A stretch of DNA of 59,808 bases, counting the filler. It is 4 parts of 4 records of this genome, joined end to end, with 100 filler letters (N's around TTAATTAATTAA, not from the genome) between each part and the next. Parts side by side here need not be neighbours in the genome. Positions count along the whole stretch, not along the records: positions 45,737 to 59,808 come from SRR22947727_4367; 3 more parts are not named here. One strand, given 5' to 3'. The notes under the pieces are model-generated. The model searched no databases and had not been told where the DNA came from. It was given only the letters and a program-made list of their open reading frames with translations. The position numbers and the translations under genes were made by a program. Of the stretch, positions 48,633-58,907 are shown in pieces (within the stretch, counting starts at the first letter, position 1; the number at the start of each line of letters is the position of its first letter).

Positions 48633-49934
48633 ATGGAAGTGACTGAAGAGAATGAGGGTGCATCCGCACGGGACTATGGGTTTTTAATGTTCCTCACGTT
48701 GCTCAACGTGATGAACTTTGTAGATCGTCAATTGTTGGCCAGCTTTGCCAACTGGATCGTACCTGATTTGGGCTTGACCAATACTCAGTTTGGTTGGCTC
48801 ACCGGCATGATCTTCATTGTCTTTTATTCGGTCGCAGGTTTGGCCATGGGCGTTTTAGCTGACCGTGTAAACCGTACACGTCTGATCGCTGTTGGCTTGG
48901 CCCTGTGGAGTGCGTTAACCGCAATCTCCGGCATGGCGAAAGGTTTTGTGAGCTTGGCTATTCCACGACTCTTCATTGGTGTCGGTGAATCCATCATGAC
49001 ACCTACCTCCATGTCTTTACTGGCTGACCGCTTTCCGTCCTCACGTTTAGGCTTTGCCAGTGGTGTCTACTACATGGGTGTGCCTATTGGTGTGGCAACC
49101 AGCCTTTTTGTTGTGGCCTACCTTGAGCCAATTCTTGGCTGGCGTGGCTGTTTTTATGCGTTAGGCGGCATTGGTCTGTTGTTGGCTATTGTTATGTTCT
49201 TTATGAAAGAAACACCGCGACGCCACGAAGTGGAAGCCACATCGCCCGTTGAAAAACTCAGCGTCAAAGAAATTTTGCACACACTAAAGGCTGCGCTTAT
49301 ACGTTCACCCGCACTGGCTATGACGGTTGCTGGCGGCGTGGCCTTTCACTTTATTCTTGGCGCCGCTGTATTTGAACAACTGTGGTTCGTTCAGGAGCGC
49401 GGCTTTGATCGCACCGAAATTGCTGAGCTCAGCGGCTGGTTAGCTTTTGCTGGCGGCATATTGGGTAACTTATTTGGCGGCATCGGTGGCGACATGTTCT
49501 TGCGTAGAACCGGCATGGGCAGACCCATGTTCTTGTTCTGGATTATGTTGGTATTGACCCCAATTGGGTTGGCTTACCGAGTGGCAGATCCCGCCTCCAT
49601 CTTCTTTATGGTGGGTATCTTTGCTGGCTATTTTCAGCTGGGCTGTTTCTACGGTCCCACATTCTCTACGGTTCAGGAACTGGTACCGCCGCAAATTCGT
49701 GGCACGGTAGTGGCCTTCTATATTCTCTCGCTTAACTTTGTTGGTTTAGGTTTGGGTGTTACAGGCGGCGGTTACTTTATTGATTGGATGATTGCCGAAG
49801 GCCATCCAGAGCCTTACACCATCACGTTGATAACCTTCACAGCTATTTCGATGCTGGCTATCCCTATGTTCTATATGGCGGGTAAGCGTTTTGAGAGAGA
49901 CCGTCAGGCTCTTTATGACAGTGTGGCAAACTGA
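48633..49934 (+). CDS. MFS transporter (spinster-like)
   Basis: NFVDRQ, GVLADRVNR motif A, RLFIGVGE; about 12 TM helices. Confidence 0.9.
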   Translation: MEVTEENEGASARDYGFLMFLTLLNVMNFVDRQLLASFANWIVPDLGLTNTQFGWLTGMIFIVFYSVAGLAMGVLADRVNRTRLIAVGLALWSALTAISGMAKGFVSLAIPRLFIGVGESIMTPTSMSLLADRFPSSRLGFASGVYYMGVPIGVATSLFVVAYLEPILGWRGCFYALGGIGLLLAIVMFFMKETPRRHEVEATSPVEKLSVKEILHTLKAALIRSPALAMTVAGGVAFHFILGAAVFEQLWFVQERGFDRTEIAELSGWLAFAGGILGNLFGGIGGDMFLRRTGMGRPMFLFWIMLVLTPIGLAYRVADPASIFFMVGIFAGYFQLGCFYGPTFSTVQELVPPQIRGTVVAFYILSLNFVGLGLGVTGGGYFIDWMIAEGHPEPYTITLITFTAISMLAIPMFYMAGKRFERDRQALYDSVAN

Positions 49935-50418
49935 TCGACTGAGCTTAAACCGCTGGCAGCAAGGTGATCTGCCAGCGCTTTCGAATTTATTGACTCATGG
50001 GGCCACCATGAGTCACTGGCCTCAACCATTTACCTCACAAGACGTTCAAGATTGGCTGCATCGCGCGCTAACGCCGTCAACACATGGCTGTGCCCGTTGG
50101 CGTTGTAGTCGCACTGCCGATGGCGCGCTGATTGGTGACGTAGGTATTGTGCACACGCAAATACTCGAAGAAACCGTTTTTGATTTGGGTTACATCATTC
50201 ACGAAGATTTTTGGCGGCAAGGGTATGGTCGCGAGGCGGTGTGTGGCGCTATTGCGTGGGCCAAGGGGCAGGGCATTGGTGAGTTGGTGGCCAATATGGC
50301 TCTAGATAACGTGCCGTCTTGGTCATTGGCGGAATCGGTAGGTATGCTGCGAACGAGTGTTTTTGCCAATCCTAAGAATAGATACAAAGAGACTTATATC
50401 TACCGTTTGCAGCTTTAG
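49915..50418 (+). CDS. GNAT N-acetyltransferase (RimJ/RimL-like)
   Basis: TDRLSL, DLGYII...FWRQGYGRE, NVPS...GM. Confidence 0.88.
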   Translation: MTVWQTDRLSLNRWQQGDLPALSNLLTHGATMSHWPQPFTSQDVQDWLHRALTPSTHGCARWRCSRTADGALIGDVGIVHTQILEETVFDLGYIIHEDFWRQGYGREAVCGAIAWAKGQGIGELVANMALDNVPSWSLAESVGMLRTSVFANPKNRYKETYIYRLQL

Positions 50419-50480
50419 GTTGTAGTACTAGGCTGCATCTCTAGGTTGCAGGGCTAGGTAGCAGTACTAGCTTACGGCCC
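50416..50480. repeat. Degenerate 13-bp tandem repeat (4-5 copies)
   Basis: taggttgtagtac taggctgcatctc taggttgcagggc taggtagcagtac tagcttacggccc. Confidence 0.65.
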
Positions 50481-50594
50481 CAACTTATAAAATAGAGGTG
50501 CAGCTTTGGCGGCTAGATTGGCTTAGGCGCAGTCGGCTTTACTTTCGGGTGCCTTATTCGCTGTTGCTTTCAAGAAGCGGGCACTTCTCTAAGA

Positions 50595-52187
50595 TTAGCG
50601 TTCAATAAGCGTGGCTCTGACAACTGAAATTTGCACCTCGCCCTGAGGACTGACCAGTCCCGTATTAATTAGCTTAGCCTCGCTTGCGCCAAGTAGGTTG
50701 ATCTGACGCTGAGTGCTTCTGGCATTGCCTTTTTGGTCAATATAGCGAATCGACAAAACCACGTTGTTGAACGCCCGAGGTGCTCGGTTGGCAACTTCAA
50801 TTTGTATGGCGCTGGCCTCGTTTCTGCCATAGCGAATACCAATGAAAGCGCCGGGGTTGCGTGCAACGTCTATCTTGATCAATGAATTTAAGGCTGCTTG
50901 GCCAGATGCGCTGGGGTCTTGAGAGGCGGCTGCAAAGTACTCTCTGGCCTCGTCAGTATTGCCTTGGCGTTCAGCGATATTGCCTAGCGCGTTGTAAGCT
51001 TGTGCGGTTGGCAATAGTTCTAAGCTACGGTTGAGGCGCAATTTTGCTTGGTTCAAAGCGCCTTGTTTTTCGCTGGTAATGCCGCTTTGTAGGTGCGGAT
51101 AAAAGAAACCGGGGTTTAACTCGATGGCTTCAGCATAGGCATTTTGTGCTGAGGTGTAGCGTTTGGCGTCTAACTCAAGGTCGCCCAAAAATGAGTGGAA
51201 GTGGCCTTCGTTGGGTTCCATTTTGATCGCCTGGTTAACGAGTTTTCTAGCCTCTTTAGGCCGGTTGTCGTTGGCCATTTGCTGAGCTTTTTCGTAGTTT
51301 TCGTACGCGGGTTTGGTTTCAATGAGTCGCGCCATGACTTGCTGGTAGCGGGCTTTACCCGTTACGCCACCCTTGGGTAGCATTTGTGCATAAGCCTTAT
51401 TGGCTTCTAAGCGTTGCTGCGAAGGTGGGTGGCTGGCAAATAGACCGTCAAAAAAGCTAGAGTCTTTTTGTCCAGAGAGATCGACAAAAGTCTGCTGTAA
51501 ATCTACTGCGCCTTGAGGGTTGTAACCCGCTCGACTCATATAATCCATACCGTAGCGGTCAGATTCGCTTTCAGCGCTGCGACCATACCTTGAATTAATT
51601 AGCTGGGAGCCAAGTCCTGCGCCCATAGCGACATATTTGCCGTAATCCGTATTGGCTGTGGCGATGCCAGCAACAGCCGTTGTGGCTTGTAGGATGGTGC
51701 CGCGTTCTACCCCTTTGGCGCCATGCCTGGCCGCTGAGTGCACTACCTCGTGACCGAGTACTGCAGCCAGTTCTGCCTCGCTACCTAATTCTGTCAGCAG
51801 GCCTCTATTGATAGATATTTTGCCACCGGGCAGTGCCCAAGCGTTGGGTACGCCATTGTTAATGACCGAAAATTCGTAAGGCAACTTGCGATCGCTCACC
51901 GCCGCTACTTTTTGTCCTACCTCATTAACATAGGCTTGCACCGCTTCATCAGCGAGATAGTCGCCGCCCTGAGATTGCCGCGCAGGGGCATATTGTTGTT
52001 TACCCGTTTTCAGCTCCCAAGCTTCAGAGATAATGCTAATTTCACTTTTGCCAGTGACAGGGTTGGTGGCGCAGCCGCCCAGTCCGAATGTGAGCGCGGC
52101 GGCAGCAAGTATCAGCTGCAGTGTGCGAGATTGTGGGCGTTGATGTTTTGAACTGAGTGGCGCTAGATTATTTAACTGGTCATTCAT
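50595..52187 (-). CDS. M48 family zinc metalloprotease lipoprotein with TPR repeats (BepA/YfgC-like)
   Basis: Lipobox GGC, PNAWALPGG, HEVVH (HExxH), ESESD, SHP..QR, C-terminal TPRs. Confidence 0.92.
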   Translation of the reverse strand: MNDQLNNLAPLSSKHQRPQSRTLQLILAAAALTFGLGGCATNPVTGKSEISIISEAWELKTGKQQYAPARQSQGGDYLADEAVQAYVNEVGQKVAAVSDRKLPYEFSVINNGVPNAWALPGGKISINRGLLTELGSEAELAAVLGHEVVHSAARHGAKGVERGTILQATTAVAGIATANTDYGKYVAMGAGLGSQLINSRYGRSAESESDRYGMDYMSRAGYNPQGAVDLQQTFVDLSGQKDSSFFDGLFASHPPSQQRLEANKAYAQMLPKGGVTGKARYQQVMARLIETKPAYENYEKAQQMANDNRPKEARKLVNQAIKMEPNEGHFHSFLGDLELDAKRYTSAQNAYAEAIELNPGFFYPHLQSGITSEKQGALNQAKLRLNRSLELLPTAQAYNALGNIAERQGNTDEAREYFAAASQDPSASGQAALNSLIKIDVARNPGAFIGIRYGRNEASAIQIEVANRAPRAFNNVVLSIRYIDQKGNARSTQRQINLLGASEAKLINTGLVSPQGEVQISVVRATLIER

Positions 52188-52269
52188 AGTAGCCTCCGGC
52201 CGCTAATTTTTTCGAAAAATAGACTTAGAGTGATTTTAGAAATTGTTGCGCGGTTAAGCGTTGGCCGCC

Positions 52270-52785
52270 CTAACCCGCATAGCGTGCGTATCTTCTACGT
52301 AGTGACGCCGCTTGTTGTCGCTCTCCTTGAGCTTCCAGTACATCGGCCATTTGTAGCCAAGCCTGCCCCGTTTTAACCGCATCACTGCCAGCCAACGCTA
52401 TGGCCTTGCGCGCATGTTGAGATGCAGCCTGGGTATGCCCTTGCGCCAGATGCGCCCGGCTTAGGCGTATCCACAACAAAGCCTCTCTGGGGTCAATGCG
52501 TATGGCACGTTCAAGCAACACAATTGCCTGTGCTGGGGCTTGTTGGGTTAATGCTGTATCTGCTTGGGCTAAAAGTATTTTTGCCGCTGAGTTTTTTGGC
52601 GGCGCGGGCTTAATTTTCGCGGGTTTTGGCGGTGCCGGCGGTTTGTTGCTGTTTTCGGCAGTTCTAGATTGGCCTGAACTGGCGCGGCTGTCCGAGGCAC
52701 TGGGGCCTTGATTGCCTGCGCAGCCACCGATGAAAATGATGCAGAGCAAAGAAATACAGAGTTTTATGTTCACGAGAGCCCACAC
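52270..52785 (-). CDS. TPR lipoprotein, probable PBP1B activator (LpoP-like)
   Basis: Lipobox GGC, Pro-rich linker, TPR (LERAIRIDPR); immediately downstream of mrcB as for Pseudomonas lpoP. Confidence 0.75.
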   Translation of the reverse strand: MWALVNIKLCISLLCIIFIGGCAGNQGPSASDSRASSGQSRTAENSNKPPAPPKPAKIKPAPPKNSAAKILLAQADTALTQQAPAQAIVLLERAIRIDPREALLWIRLSRAHLAQGHTQAASQHARKAIALAGSDAVKTGQAWLQMADVLEAQGERQQAASLRRRYARYAG

Positions 52786-52796
52786 AGTTATACGAG

Positions 52797-55235
52797 TTAA
52801 TTGTTAAAAATTGAACGCAGCCGTTGGCCAAAGGTTTTTCGGACACCACAACCGGGTTTGATGGGTAAAGTATCAGGGCGACGAATGGGGATAACAACCA
52901 CATCAGCACATGATTTTGCCGCCCGCATACCCGTGGCAAATTCAATCTCTACAAGATTGTCCGCGGGGTTGTGGACAATAGGGTCAACGCCATTGGACAC
53001 ATGCATGTTATTCCATATTCGCAGCGCCCCGGATGTGCCGGTGAGACCAGTGGACTTGTTGTCATCGCGCCCCACCCAAACCACCGACAATTTGCTGTTG
53101 TCGAAACCTGCATACCAGCTGTCTCTGTTGTCGTTAGAGGTGCCGGTTTTGCCTGCGACACCTTGCTTGGAGAAGGGTGACGAGCGGCCTGTGCCGTGGC
53201 TCATTACAATTTCCAGGCCTCTGTTGAGGCTGGCTACGGTTTCTGGACGGATGCTTTGCGTCAAGTCAAAGGGGTGGTGTGACAGCGCTTGCCCGCGTTC
53301 ATTTAGCACGGCGATAACCGCTTTGGGGGTGGTGTGAAAACCACCGCTCGCAAAGTTGCCGTACAGTTCGGTGAGTTGCAGCGGCGACATAGACTCTGCG
53401 CCCAAGAAAAACGACGGGTAGCGGTTCTTAGGTGCGTATCCTGTGAGGTCTGTAAAGCGGCGCTGCACCTCGCCAAGACTGACGGTGTTGCCCAAATCCA
53501 CCATCGCTAGGTTCAGTGACATGGCTAGTGCGCGAATCATGGGCAGCTCGCCGCGGGTTTTACCGTCGTAGTTTCGGGGTGTCCAAAGTTCACCGGAATC
53601 CGATGTCATGGTAATAGGTGTGTCGTTTACCAGGGTTGACCAGTCTAGTCCTGCCTCTAATGCGGTGAGCACAATGACGGGTTTGATCACAGAACCTACG
53701 GATCTGCTGGCGTTTAACGCGCGGTTGAAACCGTCCACGCGACCTTTGCGTCCGCCAATAAGCGCCAGAATTTCCCCGGTCTGAGTGTCGGTAATGACAC
53801 TGGCTGCCTGTAGGCTGCCCTGTGCCAATTTGCGTTCTTTCTCGATCATTTGCAGGGTTGAGGTTACTGCTCTCTGTGCATTTTCTTGCTCTCTGGGCTT
53901 CAGTGTAGTGAATATGCGTAGCCCCTGGGAGCGCAGGTCCGAAGCGGAATAACGTTCACTGAGTTCAGCTCTGACTATGTCCATAAAGGCGGGATAGTAA
54001 GCGCCACCACTGTTGGGGCTAGAAACCACGCCAAGGGGGGAGCCAATGGCGTCTTGATGGCGGGGGTTAGAGATTAAGCCGTCAGCCAAAAAAGTATCAA
54101 GAATACGATTGCGTCTAGCCAACGCGCGCTCGGGATGCCTGAATGGATTGTAGTAAGAGGGGCCGCGAATGATGCTGATCATTGTGGCAATTTCATGCAC
54201 CGCAAGTTCGTTGATGGGCTTGTTGAAGTAAAATTGGGAGCCCAGACCAAAGCCGTGAATGGCGCGCGCACCATTTTGCCCAAGGAAAATTTCGTTGATG
54301 TACGCGGTGAGAAGGTCTTCCTTAGAAAACCGCAGCTCCAAAATAATGGCCATGGCCACTTCGCGGAGTTTGCGTTCATAGGTGCGCTCATTAGTTAGGA
54401 AATAACTCTTAACCAACTGCTGAGTCAGGGTGCTGCCTCCTTGTGCCCGCGTGCCGCTGCGGGCGTTCACCCAAGCCGCGCGCAAAATTCCCGTAATGCT
54501 GAAACCTCGGTGATCGTCAAAGTTGCGATCCTCTATGGCTTTCAGACCCTCTGCAAGCAAAGGAGGCACTTGCTCTGGTGTCAGAATTAGCCGGTCTTCA
54601 CCATGGGAGGGAAAGAAGCTGCCTATGGTGGCGGGATCTAGGCGAATCAGCGGTATTTCGGAATTGTCTTTGGCCTGAACTCGGTTGATGACGCCATTTT
54701 GAAAACTAATTTTCACCCGTTGCGAGGGTCTGCTGCCTTCCATAAAGTCAAAGCCGCGCAGATGGGTGGACAAAGTTGCCCCGTTGCTGTTGTAGCTTCC
54801 GGGTGCGGTGAGGTTTGCATCTGAGCGATAACCTAGTCGTCCGAGTTCTTCTACAAGCTGGGCTTTGTTGATGCGCTGACCTGCGTAAATTTCAAGCGGT
54901 TGGGCAAAAACCTGGGCAGGCACCGACCAGCGCCTACCCTCAAAAGTTTTGGTGATGGTTCTATCAAGGTAATAGCCAAACCCCAGACCTACTAAGGTTG
55001 CGAATAGGGTCGTCCACAGCATCAGCTTTAGCAAGGCGCGCAAAATCCACTTACCTAGCCTTTTGAACCAGGAGTCCGTTTTTTTTGATGACTTGCTGTT
55101 TTTCCGGCGGCCAGAACCTTTGGCTTTGCGGGAAGCTGGCGTTTTGGTGACCAAGTAGCTGTCCTGTAACTTGCTGATAATTTTGCGGTTAACTTTGTGT
55201 CCATCTTGCCTTGACTGGGCGCTAGGGTGAAGCAA
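52797..55235 (-). CDS. mrcB: Penicillin-binding protein 1B; true start probably ~55150
   Basis: TM anchor, UB2H-like region, GT motifs EDRNF, GGSTLTQQLVK, RKLRE; TP motifs SVIK, SLN, KTGT. Confidence 0.95.
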   Translation of the reverse strand: MLHPSAQSRQDGHKVNRKIISKLQDSYLVTKTPASRKAKGSGRRKNSKSSKKTDSWFKRLGKWILRALLKLMLWTTLFATLVGLGFGYYLDRTITKTFEGRRWSVPAQVFAQPLEIYAGQRINKAQLVEELGRLGYRSDANLTAPGSYNSNGATLSTHLRGFDFMEGSRPSQRVKISFQNGVINRVQAKDNSEIPLIRLDPATIGSFFPSHGEDRLILTPEQVPPLLAEGLKAIEDRNFDDHRGFSITGILRAAWVNARSGTRAQGGSTLTQQLVKSYFLTNERTYERKLREVAMAIILELRFSKEDLLTAYINEIFLGQNGARAIHGFGLGSQFYFNKPINELAVHEIATMISIIRGPSYYNPFRHPERALARRNRILDTFLADGLISNPRHQDAIGSPLGVVSSPNSGGAYYPAFMDIVRAELSERYSASDLRSQGLRIFTTLKPREQENAQRAVTSTLQMIEKERKLAQGSLQAASVITDTQTGEILALIGGRKGRVDGFNRALNASRSVGSVIKPVIVLTALEAGLDWSTLVNDTPITMTSDSGELWTPRNYDGKTRGELPMIRALAMSLNLAMVDLGNTVSLGEVQRRFTDLTGYAPKNRYPSFFLGAESMSPLQLTELYGNFASGGFHTTPKAVIAVLNERGQALSHHPFDLTQSIRPETVASLNRGLEIVMSHGTGRSSPFSKQGVAGKTGTSNDNRDSWYAGFDNSKLSVVWVGRDDNKSTGLTGTSGALRIWNNMHVSNGVDPIVHNPADNLVEIEFATGMRAAKSCADVVVIPIRRPDTLPIKPGCGVRKTFGQRLRSIFNN

Positions 55236-55555
55236 AAAACCCCCTCAGATTTTGCTCGGATGCCATACAAAATTCTGCCCAATGTTTCTTGGCACCCTTT
55301 GTTGAAAAAGTGCAGTGAGCGAGCGATACCCGTTGGTCACTAGAACGGTACCGTTTGTTGTTTGGGAGTCGAGACGATTTTGCAAGTTGTTAGAGTACAA
55401 CTGTTTTTATAAGTCAATTTTGCATGAGTGTATTGGGTCCTCTAACGATACGCCCAGATCTGAATGAGGCTTTAAAAAACGTCTTGGAGTTTGGTTGTGG
55501 CGATACACCGCTATAAACATACCCTCATATAAATTTGTTCATGTTTGGAGATATT

Positions 55556-56140
55556 ATGAAGAAACTAATTGCATTAGTGGGTTTTTTGAGTTTTTTCTTG
55601 ATAGGCACGGCTGCCGCAGAAGAGTCGAAGTTGTCGTACAGTCATGTGGCAGTCAGCTACTTTGATGGCGATATTCTTGATGTTGGTGCAGATGGATTCG
55701 GCCTTCGCGGGAGTATAGGTTTTGCCAGTTCTTGGTTTGCTAGCCTTGAATATAACGCTGGTTAATTGGAGGGTGCAGATCTAGATTTAGACGAAATTGC
55801 TGTGGATTTAGGCTATCACTGGGGGGTTGGTGCAAAAACTGACTTAGTCGGATCCATTGGCTATAGCAAAATTGACCCCGACGTAAATGTTAACAATCTA
55901 CAATTCTTATCAGACAGCGCTAATGGATACGACCTGAATTTTGGGGTGCGCGGTAAACCTGTTGATCAGTTCGAATATGGCGTTTTTGTTACCTATTACA
56001 ATGGCGGCGACTTTAATAGCGATGTCCAATTGTCGGGCGAAGCTCGTTATCATTTTTCCGCACCGGTATCAGTCGGCGTTAAATACAGAAATAGCGACGA
56101 CTTCGACTATTGGGACGTTGATCTTCGTTACGACTTCTAA
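55556..56140 (+). pseudogene. Outer-membrane beta-barrel protein with in-frame TAA at 55763-55765
   Basis: Signal peptide, LSYSHV, alternating beta-strands, terminal ...LRYDF; ORFs 55535-55765 and 55766-56140 are one frame. Confidence 0.8.
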
Positions 56141-56220
56141 TTTCTTTTCCAGCCTAGCATCAATTCATTGTTGCACAGGTTGGTAACTTGAATAAGAAGT
56201 TAGAAATGCTAAATATAGAG

Positions 56221-56250
56221 AGGGTGGAGAATTTATTCTCCGCTTTTTTT
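56221..56250 (+). terminator. Rho-independent terminator
   Basis: agggtggagaa-ttta-ttctccgct followed by a T tract. Confidence 0.7.
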
Positions 56251-56334
56251 GCCTTTTTGCGTACTTTTGGTGCTTTCTCGCGCGCCTGTATTTTTCGGCT
56301 GGACTCTTTCCCTAAGATGATCATATGATAGCGC

Positions 56335-56470
56335 TGCCTAAGGGGGGGCGTTACGCCTGAGATTCTCCTTGTTGTTTATGCTTGTTCGCACTTTTAGTAC
56401 GAATAAACAGAAGCAATAAGACAGTGAACCCTTTGAACCTGATCCGGGTAATACCGGCGTAGGGATAGGA
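56335..56470 (+). ncRNA. TPP riboswitch with long inserted hairpin
   Basis: GGGG...CTGAGA...ACCC-TTTGAACCTGATCCGGGTAATACCGGCGTAGGGA core; P1 ccta/tagg. Confidence 0.92.
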
Positions 56471-56567
56471 GTTATTATTTCTCTGGAAGCATTGGTGTTA
56501 CGCCAGCTGTCTTCTTAGGGTGAATAACAATCCCAGACCTTAGGCGTTCAAGTCTAAGGAGTAGATA

Positions 56568-58706
56568 ATGTCCAAATTGTGCCCTTCATTTTGCTTTTCG
56601 GTTTGCTTGCCCTCATTTGCGGCGAAGTTGCCTCGTGCGGCCCAGCTATTGCAACTGAGCGTTTTGAGTTTCGCTGCCTGTTTTTTATCCAGCCCTGTTT
56701 TCGCCGATGACGTGGATGATGTCATCGAAGAAGTCATTGTTACTGGCGAGTTTCGTGACACCTCGGTATCCCAGTTGGCTGCAAGCGTTTCAGTTTTGGT
56801 ACCTGAGCAAAACGGGGATTCGGTGAGTCACCTTGAAGAAATTTTGGGTCGTGCGCCCAATGTCAATTTTGCCAGCGGCGGTTCGCGCGCTCGGTTTTTC
56901 CAAGTTCGCGGTATTGGCGAGCGCGGCCAGTTCTCTGAACCGCTGAATGCCTCTGTAGGGTTGTTGGTAGATGGCGTTGATCTCAGTGGTATTGGCACCG
57001 CTGCGACGCTTGCCGATGTCTCACAGGTAGAAGTATTTCGTGGCCCCCAGGGCACGGTCTTCGGGGCTAATGCCCTTGCTGGGTTGATTAACGTTGTCAC
57101 GCCAAATGTTGCTGATGAGTTTTCGGGGTCCGTTGATCTGGGTTTGGGTAATTATTCCGCGGTAGACGTGGGCGGCGTATTGTCCGGCCCGATCAATGAT
57201 CGCGTTGGTTTTCGCATTAGCGCTCATCAGTACAAAGATGATGGCTTTATTGACAATATCCGCCTTGGCCGAGATGACACTGACAATCATGACGAGACCA
57301 CCATACGCGGCAAAGTTGCCGGTGATCTGGATCAGGGCAGCTGGCAGGTAGTCTTTGGTTCTATAAACGTTGATAACGGCTACGATGCGTTTTCGCTAGA
57401 CAATGATCGTAATACCCGTTCGGACGAACCCGGTGCGGATACGCAGGACAGCCAATACTTGGGCGTCAATTTGGACCTCAACCTCAACGAAAAAATTGCC
57501 CTAGACGCCTCAGTTGCTTATGTGAGCAGCGATATTGATTATGGCTACGATGAGGATTGGACCTTCGCTGGCTTCGATGTTGCCGGCTACAGTTCCACTG
57601 ATTTGTATAGTCGCGATGTAGATACAGTGACCTTGGATCTGCGTTTGCTTTCCCGGGCTGGCGAAGGCCTAGCCGCTGGCAAAGTAGACTGGGTCGTAGG
57701 CTTCTACGCCTTGGATCGACAAGTAGATTTAACTCGGCAGTACACATTCCTCGCCAATGATTTTACCAACGACTTTGATGTTGATCGGGTTGCCTTATAT
57801 GGCGAAGTGAGCAGCGAATTGGCAGACGGCTTGCGCTTGAGTGTGGGGCTGCGCGCTGAAGAGCATAGTTCTAATTATTCTGACAGCGAAAGTGTCAATT
57901 TCGCCCCGGATGATAATTTGCTTGGCGGACGCGTTTTGTTGGAAAAAGTTGTGGCAGATGAGAATTTGCTTTACGCCAGTTTGACTAGGGGCTACAAGTC
58001 CGGTGGCTTTAATACCTCTGGCAGTTTAGATGCAGACCTGCGCCTGTTTGATCCGGAAACCCTGTGGAACTTAGAGTTTGGATACAAGGGGTCATTGCTG
58101 GAAGACCGCATGAATCTTCGCGCTGCGGTGTTTCGTATGCAGCGTCGCGATGTGCAGACGGCGACCTCCATTACTCGGGTTCGAGCTAACGGATCTTCTG
58201 AATTTATTGACTATGTGGGTAACGCCGCTGAGGGCGTTAACCAAGGGTTGGAGCTAGAGGTGGCTTTTCAAGCTACTGATCGGTTGCAGCTTTCTGCGAG
58301 CCTAGGATTGCTGGATACTCAGTTTGAGGACTACATTGATGGCAGTGGTCAGAACCTTGACGGTCGCGATCAGGCCCAAGCCCCCGGCTATCAGTTTTAT
58401 GTCAGTGGCGATTATCAACTCGCTCAGGGCTGGTCTTTGAACGTGAATGTTGAAGGTAAGGACGACTATTACTTTTCAGATAGCCACACTGAGCGTTCCT
58501 CTAGCTACGAGTTACTCAACGCATCCATAGCGTATTCAACCCAGCGCTGGGACTTTAGTCTGTGGGGGCGCAACCTAGCGGATGAAGACTACTTTGTGCG
58601 TGGTTTCTTCTTTGGTAATGACCCGCGCGACGGCTATACAGCGCGAGGGTTCACCCAGTTGGGCGCGCCAAGACAATTTGGTATCAGTGCCTCGACTCGC
58701 TTTTAG
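56568..58706 (+). CDS. TonB-dependent receptor, probably for thiamine or a thiamine precursor
   Basis: TonB box EEVIVTG, plug motif EVFRGPQGTVFGANALAGLINVVT, GYKSGGFN, terminal F; AAGGAG RBS; TPP riboswitch upstream. Confidence 0.93.
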   Translation: MSKLCPSFCFSVCLPSFAAKLPRAAQLLQLSVLSFAACFLSSPVFADDVDDVIEEVIVTGEFRDTSVSQLAASVSVLVPEQNGDSVSHLEEILGRAPNVNFASGGSRARFFQVRGIGERGQFSEPLNASVGLLVDGVDLSGIGTAATLADVSQVEVFRGPQGTVFGANALAGLINVVTPNVADEFSGSVDLGLGNYSAVDVGGVLSGPINDRVGFRISAHQYKDDGFIDNIRLGRDDTDNHDETTIRGKVAGDLDQGSWQVVFGSINVDNGYDAFSLDNDRNTRSDEPGADTQDSQYLGVNLDLNLNEKIALDASVAYVSSDIDYGYDEDWTFAGFDVAGYSSTDLYSRDVDTVTLDLRLLSRAGEGLAAGKVDWVVGFYALDRQVDLTRQYTFLANDFTNDFDVDRVALYGEVSSELADGLRLSVGLRAEEHSSNYSDSESVNFAPDDNLLGGRVLLEKVVADENLLYASLTRGYKSGGFNTSGSLDADLRLFDPETLWNLEFGYKGSLLEDRMNLRAAVFRMQRRDVQTATSITRVRANGSSEFIDYVGNAAEGVNQGLELEVAFQATDRLQLSASLGLLDTQFEDYIDGSGQNLDGRDQAQAPGYQFYVSGDYQLAQGWSLNVNVEGKDDYYFSDSHTERSSSYELLNASIAYSTQRWDFSLWGRNLADEDYFVRGFFFGNDPRDGYTARGFTQLGAPRQFGISASTRF

Positions 58707-58907
58707 TCCTTTCAGTTCTTTCAGTTTTTGTAGTTGTCGAGATTATAATTTTTGCAAAGAAAGGTTTTCAGGTCGGATAGAAGTGTGGGCGCAATGCATC
58801 TTGCTGGTTTGCAGCCAGCACTGACTGCACGTTGATCTAGTGCAATGAGCGCCGCCTGCGGGTGTGCGCTCATTGCTCTCCTCGGTGGAGTTGCAGGTTG
58901 CGGCTGC

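Noticed and set aside
3450..55765. Stop-codon reassignment explaining the in-frame TAG/TAA
   Set aside because: The lesions are in three different organisms, and the same codons end intact genes normally in each.
58700..58736. 9-bp tttcagttc-like repeats after the TonB receptor
   Set aside because: Short low-complexity T-rich tract with no further structure.
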